Source of the DNA: a virus
Lineage: Duplodnaviria; Caudoviricetes
Virus record (IMG/VR): IMGVR_UViG_3300030090_004128
Coordinates: 66-64,065 of that record
Reading direction: 5' to 3' (one strand)
Length of the DNA: 64,000 nt
Shown: piece after piece, positions 27,518 through 37,600 of the stretch
How positions within the stretch are numbered: position 1 is the stretch's first letter
Layout: each line of letters begins with the position of its first letter
Notes under the pieces: model-generated
Seen by the model: the letters and a program-made list of their open reading frames with translations, nothing else
The model's database searches: none
What the model was told of the DNA's origin: nothing
Position numbers and translations under genes: made by a program

Positions 27518-27925
27518 TTATTTCTTTTTTTTGTTAACTCTACATTTCCATTTTCTAAGTGCTAAAGCTTTTCTTGTTGGCTTACCTTTACTATCCTTCA
27601 TTGGTCCCTTCATTCCACCCATTCTAGCACAAAAAGACTTACGTCTCTTAGCGTCTTTACTACCCTTTTTAACCTTCCCAGTTACAGGAGCCTTTAGCTT
27701 ACTACCAGGGTTTTCTCTTTTATAAGAGTCCCTACCTTTTTTATTTAATCCTCCTGTAGGATTTTTACCTTCTTTTCTTGTCCAAGCTGCTGTTTTAGCT
27801 CCCTTTTTAGCTTTAGGAAAACCAGCTTTCATGTCAGCATAAGACTCATCACTTATAGTAGAATCTTTTTTAGACCTACTTGTCCCAGCTTTTTTTCTTT
27901 TATTTATGTTAGCATACAAACTCAC
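27518..27925 (-). CDS. Basic DUF6321-like protein, possibly DNA-condensing core protein
   Basis: SLYANIN, EGKNPTGGLN, RRKSFCARM, ALRKWKC. Confidence 0.7.
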   Translation of the reverse strand: MSLYANINKRKKAGTSRSKKDSTISDESYADMKAGFPKAKKGAKTAAWTRKEGKNPTGGLNKKGRDSYKRENPGSKLKAPVTGKVKKGSKDAKRRKSFCARMGGMKGPMKDSKGKPTRKALALRKWKCRVNKKKK

Positions 27926-28134
27926 TTCTTAGCGAATTTTTCTACACCACTAATACCAAAACAACCAAGGACAACCCATACAAACGAATCGTAAACAAAC
28001 TCATTTATAACTAGATCATAACCATACCAGCCCGTCATTAGATCAGCGACCATTATTATACACATTATTAAGAAAGCTATAAAACCGATTATAGCCTTTT
28101 CATTCCAATTATTATCGTCTTTAAATATATTCAT
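27922..28134 (-). CDS. Small 2-TM membrane protein (holin-like)
   Basis: NEKAIIGF...LGCFGISGVEKF. Confidence 0.6.
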   Translation of the reverse strand: MNIFKDDNNWNEKAIIGFIAFLIMCIIMVADLMTGWYGYDLVINEFVYDSFVWVVLGCFGISGVEKFAKK

Positions 28135-29051
28135 TATTCTTTCATTTGTCTAACTCCTCCAAAACTTTCTTTTAAAACGTTCATTATCTCATCCTTACTC
28201 ATATTTTGCATAAAAGCAGGTAATTTACCTTTTCCTTCTTCCTCATTATTTTTTGCTCCTTCAGCATTTTCTAGACTAGGTAGAACAGTTTCGTTCTGGC
28301 CAGCCATAATATATTTAATATAAGGTCTAAGATATTTTTGACTATGATACATTTGATCCATATCTTCACCAGCGTCCATCATTTCATAAACTGTTATTAA
28401 AAAAGGAACATGTTCTTCAGAGGCACCATACGTTGGAGGCGGTTTGTCACCTAGCCATTTTTCTCCATCAGGTCTTTCAGTAGTTAGATTTTTTGTTGGA
28501 TTACCAGCTTCTTCAGTGCTTTCTCCCTTCATCATCTCAATTTCTTCAGGCGTTACGCCAAGCTCTCTCTGCATGTAATCGTCTACAGCGTCATTACGAA
28601 ATCTTTCTTCCCAATGCATTTCCTCCTTAGATTCTTCATCAAATTCAGGCTTACCTCCATCCTGCATAAATTGCATTTTTGCCCCATCACGTGCATCAAA
28701 AGGTCTAAATGTTTTTGTGTTAATCCTTCTCTGACCATCGTTATCCTCTCCAAAAAAATGAAGGTGATATTCATTGTTTAATATCTCACTTTTAGGAGCG
28801 TTCTTTTTATAAGACCCATCTTCTATAGCTGCATTAGCTTCTTCTAAACTGTTATATATATGTCCTGTATATGTTTTTTTAGATGGAACATTACCCGTTT
28901 CTTTACCTCCTTCTTGATAAGTTCTTAATGGAGTGTCTCCCTTATTACCCATTAAAGGGGTTAATGGTTGAGGACTTGGGAAAACCATAGATTGATTACC
29001 CATTCTTTTTTTATTAATTCCTCCTCCTTGATATTTTTTGTTTATTTTCAT
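28134..29051 (-). CDS. Probable internal virion protein
   Basis: Repeated YQGGG, YQEGG, ARDGA and MQDGG motifs. Confidence 0.55.
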   Translation of the reverse strand: MKINKKYQGGGINKKRMGNQSMVFPSPQPLTPLMGNKGDTPLRTYQEGGKETGNVPSKKTYTGHIYNSLEEANAAIEDGSYKKNAPKSEILNNEYHLHFFGEDNDGQRRINTKTFRPFDARDGAKMQFMQDGGKPEFDEESKEEMHWEERFRNDAVDDYMQRELGVTPEEIEMMKGESTEEAGNPTKNLTTERPDGEKWLGDKPPPTYGASEEHVPFLITVYEMMDAGEDMDQMYHSQKYLRPYIKYIMAGQNETVLPSLENAEGAKNNEEEGKGKLPAFMQNMSKDEIMNVLKESFGGVRQMKE

Positions 29052-29863
29052 TTCAATAAGTATTTTATTTTACCACCCTCTATATATATTCCTTCTGGCT
29101 TTCTTATAACTCTACCAGTTAAATCATATAAAAGTCCAGTATCAATAGATTTATCTAATATTTCTTCCATCCCAGAATTGCAAGGCATTCCTGTATCACA
29201 ATCTACATATTCTGTATTTATTACTTCAACATATTCTACAACAGTATCAACAACAACTATCTCTACATATTCAGTCTCTACAACTGTGTCTATCACTATC
29301 ACTTCTACGTATTCAATAACATCTACATACATAGTGTCTAAAGCTCCATCCATCCATAACGTGTCTGTTACATATATATATTCAGGAACCATAACCTCAA
29401 CCTCAAATGTATCTACAACAATCTGAGTTATATATTCTGTTTGTATTATTGTGTCTAATTGTATTATAGTTTCATAGATATAAAAAGGAACTTCAACCTC
29501 TACTGTATCAGTTATATATTCTGTTTCAATAATTGTGTCTGTTTCATATATATATTCATATTCTACTACAGGTATCTCTACATACACTGTATCACATTCC
29601 TCTACAGGAGGAGCACAGTCTTCTAATGTTGTTGGAACAGCACCGTTTTCATCACTGGCATCGACACAATCTTCCCATTCGTCATTTATCCAAGAGTTTT
29701 GAACACAACCCATTGGAGCATACTGAGTCCAATTAGCTGGATCGTCACCACAATAATAACCACCTGCATTAGCACAATCTATACATAATTGTTGAAAATC
29801 ATAACCTTGAGCATTAACAAACGAACAACTCAAAGTAAATAATATTATTAATAATTTTTTCAT
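29048..29863 (-). CDS. Secreted protein with LDL-receptor class A-like motif, VDT/EY repeats and T9SS-CTD-like tail
   Basis: Signal peptide ...VNA|Q; CVQNSWINDEWEDCVDASDE; LYDLTGRVIRKPEGIYIEGGKIKY. Confidence 0.65.
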   Translation of the reverse strand: MKKLLIILFTLSCSFVNAQGYDFQQLCIDCANAGGYYCGDDPANWTQYAPMGCVQNSWINDEWEDCVDASDENGAVPTTLEDCAPPVEECDTVYVEIPVVEYEYIYETDTIIETEYITDTVEVEVPFYIYETIIQLDTIIQTEYITQIVVDTFEVEVMVPEYIYVTDTLWMDGALDTMYVDVIEYVEVIVIDTVVETEYVEIVVVDTVVEYVEVINTEYVDCDTGMPCNSGMEEILDKSIDTGLLYDLTGRVIRKPEGIYIEGGKIKYLLK

Positions 29864-29870
29864 ATCTATT

Positions 29871-30578
29871 TTATTTATCGTAACTAAAATATTTCACTTG
29901 AAAATCGGAACTTTGTTCTCCAACTTTATCTAATCCTTTTTCTGTTAAATGATTATTTATAACAACCATTTGTGGTTTATCCATTTCTTTTAAAACCTCT
30001 TTGTTTTTAATTGTTCTAACAAGTCTTCCATCATAATACATTTCAATTACATCTTTTCTCCAGTTGCATCCATATTTTATAAAATGCTTTCTAGGATCTT
30101 TAAACATCATTCCAGCACGTGCAGGAAGATTAGTTTTAGTCCCCTCTGAAGTATTACCGTAGTGTATGCAAGACTCCACTTTATTGTAGGCTAATGGATT
30201 ATGTATATTAAAATGTAAGTAATCTTGTCTATTACCAGTATAACCCTCAAAAATATCTATCTCTGGGGGCCAAGGTGATCCATACATCCAAAATGCTGGC
30301 CACAAAGCATATCCCGTAGGCAGCTTAGCTTCTATCTCAAAATATCCAAAATGAAATTTCTTAATAGATGATATAAGTCCCACACCATAATTAGATTTAT
30401 AATTTACACCATTATGTTTAATTGTTGCTGGGTTAAATCGTGTCTTTAAGTGAATTACACCTTCTCCATCAATTTCAACAGCAGACTCATCATAATAATT
30501 CCAAGATTTATCAGGGTGTATTTTACCCCAAGGTTCTTGACATCTCCATTTAAAACCTGACCAATTCAGTTTTTTCAT
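29871..30578 (-). CDS. Glycoside hydrolase family 16
   Basis: GYFEIEAKLP, LWPAFW, catalytic EIDIFE. Confidence 0.9.
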   Translation of the reverse strand: MKKLNWSGFKWRCQEPWGKIHPDKSWNYYDESAVEIDGEGVIHLKTRFNPATIKHNGVNYKSNYGVGLISSIKKFHFGYFEIEAKLPTGYALWPAFWMYGSPWPPEIDIFEGYTGNRQDYLHFNIHNPLAYNKVESCIHYGNTSEGTKTNLPARAGMMFKDPRKHFIKYGCNWRKDVIEMYYDGRLVRTIKNKEVLKEMDKPQMVVINNHLTEKGLDKVGEQSSDFQVKYFSYDK

Positions 30579-30580
30579 AA

Positions 30581-31629
30581 TTAAAAGAACAAATAATTAA
30601 ACCCAAACTTCACTTCATACACTGGTTTCATCCAGTATCTCATATGGGTTCCCTCTACAAACATACCTAAATGTTTTGTTATACGAGATCCAAATACCAT
30701 ACCTGCATCCCATTCTATATTATCCCATTCCTCTCTTCCATACTCAAATGAATACTCATCCATTCCATAGTGAAAAGGCATACAATTAGCCCATATATGT
30801 AGCCAAAATTTAGGGGTATATTTATAATATGCTATTCCAACAACAGCACTTAATTCTTTTTGCATTCCAAGCTTTTCAAGCTCTCTTTCATTGTATCTTT
30901 CTACTGCGTCTCCGAAGTAGTGGTTGAAGAACTCATCATTCGAGGTAGCAACTAAAACGGAGTCTCCACCACTAACATCGTACCAGTTTTGATTTACGTA
31001 AAAACCTTGAACCCATTGTTCTGGAGCAAACCCAAAGTCTTGAGCCAACTGTTGAAAAGTAGACTCGCCAGGTATCCAGAAATCTTCTATAGGGGTTACA
31101 CCATAAACTGGATGCATACGAAAGACTCCACCTATTGTGAAGTCCCAATTTCCTTTATTAATTCTAAATCTTGTATCAAATGAGTTATATCTTAAATTAA
31201 CTCTCTGATTATCTTTATATTGAACTTTTGTCACGCATCTATTTCCAAGGTATCTAAGCCAGAAATTTTGCTCAGTATATTTATCCCCACGATTACGTAT
31301 AAATGAATAATTAAGTAAATACTCCCAACCAACGCTATTACCAATAGTAACATTGTCTGCAACAGCTTTTTCAGTGCCATAATACCATGTTTTAACTTTG
31401 TATTCATAATCAAATCTTGCTATTTTACGCAAGCCTATAGTTAAATTATAATCATATGGATGGACTCAATAGCAATATAATCACCTCTCTCAACAAAAGG
31501 GGTGTTCATTGTCATTGAAGTATAAAAAGTTGAATATTTAAAAAAGTCTCCTTGACTAAAAGCAGTGGATATTCCAAACACCACTATCATCATTATTATA
31601 TAAAGTATTTTACTTATGTCCTTTTTCAT
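30581..31629 (-). pseudogene. Frameshifted outer-membrane beta-barrel protein (split into 31441-31629 and 30581-31432)
   Basis: Signal peptide in the upstream piece; the downstream frame is open from 31465 (VHPYDYNLTIGLRKIARF...) and ends in the BAM-type YEVKFGFNYLFF. Confidence 0.7.
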
Positions 31630-31666
31630 TTTGTAAATATAGTTATTTTTTTAATTACTACCTCTA

Positions 31667-34600
31667 TTACTGTGTTTTTTTATCATCTTCTCTCGCCCAT
31701 ACCGTCATCATATATTGAACTTGAGGATCTGTCACTATACCCTCTTCTACAAATAAATCTTCTAAAGTTTGGTATCTAATCGGATTACCTACAGCCTCTT
31801 TTTGAGCTTCATAAACTATAAACGCTGCTGTCATCTTTTTACCCTGCTTAAAATCTATAACAGCTTGTTGAATATCAGATTCGTATTCCCCAAAATTCCA
31901 ATCCATAAAAATTTTTCTAGCTATTCTGAGATCTACCTGATCCCTATTCCATAATTTTTGATCTATCACTGGATCATTACCAAGCCTACCTTCAATCTGT
32001 CTATGAGTTTCAGCTATAACTTCTTGAGCTAACAAATAATAATCATCTCTAGCATCATTACCAAAACGCAATTTTTTACCATTTTTATCTACCATAGCAC
32101 CTGAGTTAGGATCTCTTCTTAAAGCAAATCTTTCAGATGCCGCCTTATAAGCTAAATTTAGGTTAGCTTGGAACCTCTCCTCTGTTTCTCTTATGTGGTC
32201 AGCTTCAGCTTGTAATTGTGTTTTTTGATTTCTAAGAAGATCAATTTCTCCAATATATCTTTTTGTTACTGGACCAAAAGCGTCATTTAAAAACACATTC
32301 ATTTGATTACCGTACTTCTCTTTTTCATACTCATTTAAACCTCCAGTGGCAGCCACATAACTATGATTAACTACAGCGTTCCATGGACTCCTATCCATAT
32401 TAGTAAGCATAGAGCCTATTGCTGACTTTATAGTTGTAACACCGAAACCTCCTTCTTTTAAACCCATTTTATCAAATCTCTTAGATAAATCCATTAACCA
32501 CCTATCTTCATATTTATCATAATCACCCTCATATTGAGTATATCCGTTAGCTGCCTCATTGTAATCATTCCATACAGGTCTATTGTAAAAAGCATCATAG
32601 TTACCTAAAACTTTTAAAGATACATTTAAAAGAGGGTTTGTTGATATTAGATCCCTAGGGTTACCACCACCAGCTGGTATAGCTTTCTGTAGTATTCTAC
32701 CGTAAGAATTTTTCTCATCACCTCTACCCCAAGGAGTATATGATGAAAAATCTTTAGACTGAATAAAGTAATCACTACCTGTTATGTGTTTAAATGCTAA
32801 CTCTTCCAAAGGTAATCTAAAAACATTTAATCTAGCATCACTAGGTATCTTTAAATATCTAGGAGTCACAATTCTATTGTCAGACAACTGATTTTTTATT
32901 TCAGCTATCCTTTCATCTCTTTCTTCTCCAATCTGCATGCTTTCAGCTATTTTTAATTGCTCTTGTAGAGCCACTTCCTTTTCTTGACTAACTATATCTG
33001 TAACTTTACCAGGTAATATTACACAGTGGTAATTTTCTCGATCATAAGGGCTAATATGATTTATATAGTATCTTCTATTTTTATATAGTTTTTCTCTTAT
33101 CTTTTTCTCTAATTCCCTATTTCCACTTGCTACAGCCTTATCTAAAGCATCTTGTAATCTTTTTTCTTCATCTTCGTCTAAAATATCAAAATGCTGTAAA
33201 TTATAAGCCATTAAACCAAGACCAAAAACTGAAGCCCACTGTGCTGTATCCCAAAGAAATTGCTTAGGGTTTTCACTAACATACCTAACACTCTTATCAA
33301 ACACTTGTGCCGCAGCATTAAGGTAAGCAAAGCCTAAAGAATCAAGAAATTTAATCGTTCTACCTCCATTATTAAAGTTAGCATAGTCAACTGCATTAGC
33401 TACAGCTCTTTTTTTAATAGCTATAAGGTCTTCTCCTGTGGGTTCTTGCCCATCATTTTTCTCTTTATATTCTTGTGTGTATTTTTTAATCCACCTTCTA
33501 GTATTAGCAAGTCTACCTGTCATTTCAGAAGTTGAGTTCATCTTCGCAAAAAAGTTTTTTATAGCGTTTTTATACACCTTTACGGTATTAGGATTTACAT
33601 AAGGAGCGTCATCACCATACAACTTAGACATTTGTTCTCTAGCTGCCTTTTCTCTAGCACGCTCTTCATTGAGAGTGTTTTCAGGGTCTGACATTATCTC
33701 CCTTGCTCTTTTTGTTAACGCCACTTCGTCTATAGCTAAATCAGATGAATAATCCATTAATCCATATCTAGTTAAAAACTCTAAAGATCCCCCAAGCATT
33801 TTGTATTCTTGACTAAGAGGTCCATTTGTTCCCGCATCCCAAAGTACAGCGGCCCAGTCAGTAAACGCCATCCCAAATTTAGCACCTAAACCTAGGAAGG
33901 GTACAGGATTGGTGGCCATACCATTATAAGTATCTGTAAACATAACTTGCTGAGCGAAATCATAAAATACATTAGCAACAAAGAAAAATGGTGCACCAAC
34001 ACCAGTAGCGAATACTTTAAGTGCACTACCACTCCACCTCAAAGGTTTAGTAATTAATTTAAGTTTATCACCAGCAGGAACCATTTCTCTAGGGTGAGCA
34101 AATAAACTTTGGTAAGCTGCATTTTTCATAGCAAATCTAACCTTTTTACCACCTTCATTGTAGCTCATTTCAACGTATCCAGGTTTTACTTTTTCCCCAT
34201 CTTTTAATATATACCCTATATCTTCTATTGTCATTTGAAGACCATTAACATACTCAAATCCTTTTTTAGTTACTTCAGATATTATATTATATATACCTTT
34301 TCTAACTTCATTCTCGGCTCTTAATTTAGCTCCTGTAGCTAGCGTGTTCTGCAATAACTTAACTGGATCCATGTATAAAACACTATCACTACCTTGCTTT
34401 AACATTTTTAAAGGAGACTCTAAATGATCGCCCCTATCTGAACGACCTGATTTTCTTTGCTCATTTAAATTTCTCTCTGCAAATATTACATAGTCAACAA
34501 ATTTTCTTGGATTATATTTAAAGTTTTTAAGCTCATTGTAAGTTGCTTCATCTATTAATCCTGCTTCAAAATTTCTTTTTAACTCATTACTATATTCTTG

Positions 34601-37600
34601 AAATAGTTTATCTGTAGTTTCTCTAATAATATTAAATCCATCACCCTGTTCTCTCTTCATATTGTCAATCAATTCTTGAGCAAGCTCCTTATTTATCATA
34701 ACTCTACCCTCACCTTTAGGGTTTTTAACATCTGGATGTTTCATCCTCCAAGGATGAACCTTTTTCTTAGTAGTTGGATTTACTATTGATTTGATTCCAG
34801 GCTTCATTCTAACAACAATCTCTTTACCATCTTTATCTTTAGTAAGATACTCTAATTCATATTTGGTGCTCTCCTTACCCCATCTTTTGCCATCGTATTT
34901 TTTATCTCTAATTTTACCTTTACTAATTCTAACATTAGGATTGTCTTTATATATATTTTCTAATTGAGCTTCAGCTTGTTTAATTTGATCTTCTACAGCA
35001 GACCTTTCTTCTTTTGTTTTTACACTACTATATTTTTTAACTAAAGAATTTAAGTTTTTAATAATAGCATCCGCAGCAACTTTTTGAGCGTCAGATAAAT
35101 TATCAAGCTCTATTATTCTTTCAAGTGTAGATAGTTGACCTACCAGTTTTATTTGCTTTGAAGATAAAGCTCCCCATATTTTTTTATTAGCCTGATCTAT
35201 AAGTTCTTTAGCTGTACCTGGAACCGTTAACCATAAGGTTATAGAAGCAAGTGCGTTAGAAGCTGTCTCCCCCAAGTTCATATCTTTACCTATATTTCTA
35301 ATAGATCTCTTTATTCTATATTTAGTATCTACCGTTGCCTCTTTTAACTTAACAAACGCATCGTCTAAAGATCTTTTGAAATCTGCAAGCCTTCCAAAGA
35401 AATTATCTTTACCTCTAGAGAATGCTGCATCTTGATCCTTCTGTAATTCCTCTAAAACCTCTGAGTAATCTGAATCCGTCCACCCCTCCAGGTCTATCTC
35501 AGAATTTAAAGCGTCAATCATCTCAAGAGTTTGTTTTTCCCTCATCTCTTTTAAACGAGCCTCCTCCTCTTCAAGTTTAGCTGCCTCTTCTTCTGTTAAT
35601 TCAGTTTCACCAGAGACACCAGCTTCTTTAGGATTAAACAGTCCTTCTTGATTAGATAAAAAGTTTTTAAATAATTCTCTTATTTTAACTTCTTGATCTG
35701 GTATAAAATTATCCCCATCAGTTTGAGCTTTCTTTAAGTAGTCTATAGCGGCATCTACAGCTTTAGCCACACTAGAAGTAGCCCTAAGAACAACAGAAGC
35801 TGTTTTAAGAGCCGCTCTAATAATAGGTATAGACATAAACGGATCTGCATAAGCATTTCCACCCAAATCTTTATATATCTGATCTAATTTATCTGCAAAA
35901 TCTGTTAAGATTTGAAAACGCTGAACGCTTCTACTAGAGTATTCATCTCCTGTTCTGAGATCTGAGATGTCCTTGGCGTTGTCCCCGCTATTAATAGCTC
36001 TTTGCCTTCTGGCAAGCTCTCTATTGATGTCTGTTTCAAACGACTTTTCTTGTCTTGTAGTGGTTTCGTATTCCCCATTTGTAAAAACTTTTGTGTTAAT
36101 ATATCCATTTTCTACGGTATTAAAAATATCTTCACCGTATTTTTCTTGTATTTCTTTTATTCCTTTATCTACACCCTCAATCCATTTTGATTCAAAATCC
36201 TTAACGTTACCTACCGTCAATCCCTCACCCATAGGCTCCATTAAATATTCAGGAACAAACTGCATTGATAAACCTATAACTTCTCCTTTTTGATTGTAAT
36301 TTACAGTCATTCCTTCTACTCCATTAGGACCAAAATGTTCATTAGCAAACATTCTAGCATCAGTTAAAGTCATAGGAGAGTCAAACTCTATTCTTCTAAA
36401 AGGTCTAGCGTTAGGATCTTGCTTTGTTGTTACTTTAGATATAAATACAGACTCTTGTTCGTTATTGATAGCTGTGTTTAATAACTCATCAAATAAAATA
36501 GCAAGATCTGTTCCAGTATCAACAAGTATTTCTAGATTTATAGTGTCTTCCACTTGATTCATATATATACCTTCCGATTGGTATGGTCTACCCATAGCAC
36601 CTAACTGAGCAACTATAGCATCTAAATTTTGTAATGCTTGATCCATTCTTACAGCTCCCTGCATTGTTTCCGCTATAACAGACGCTATCTCTTCTTCTGT
36701 AGCATTTCTTTCTAAAGCATTTTGAACAGCTCTGGCTGTAGCACTATATATTCTTCTTTTTTGATCTGGACTTGTATTCCCTATAAAAGTGCTAGCACCT
36801 ATCATTATTCTATCTGTTATCTTAGCAGAATTAACAGCATTTTCCATAGTTGCTTGATCTTTAGCTCTCACATCCCCAGTAAATCCAGATTCGTCATATA
36901 TTTGTTTTTCTATAAACCACATAGCGGCTTGTAGGTCGTCAGGATTTAAATTTAATTGTCTAGCAGCTAAAGCGTATACACTTTGTGCAAAAGAAAAATC
37001 TTTACTACCCACTGTTGTTTCTTGAGATTGTCTTCTTCTAAATGGTACAAACCCACCTTGAGAATATAATATCCTTCTCATATTTCTAGCAGCCCAAACA
37101 TCAATAGTAGCACTTCTGTCTCTTAGAGATAAGTTATTGTAAAACTGTCCTGTTTTGTTAGCTGGATTATTAGATAACCAATTACCATATAAAACTCTAA
37201 CAATACCTGAAGTAACTACTGGCAAACCAAATGATTTTCCATTTTTCTTTTTTATTCCAGCTACAACATCTTTGTCAGAAGAAGCTTGTTTTATAAGCTC
37301 TTTAGCTTTAATTACAGCTTTTTTACCGACTCCAAAAACACCTTGATCATACTGAGCCATTATGTTTTTTACTTTATTGTCGTATATCTCTAGGGCTTCA
37401 TCAAACTTACCCTCTGAGTAAGATTTTAAAACTTCAGTAGATTTTCTGAAATTAATTTGAGGTGGTGCTTGTGGAGATGTAACCCCTAATAATTCAAAGA
37501 ATATTGATGCATTTCCACCAAACTTCTGTTGTATTAAGTTTTTTGTTTTACTATACCAACCTGTAGCTTTCTTTAAGTCTATTTTAGAACTATTAGCATT

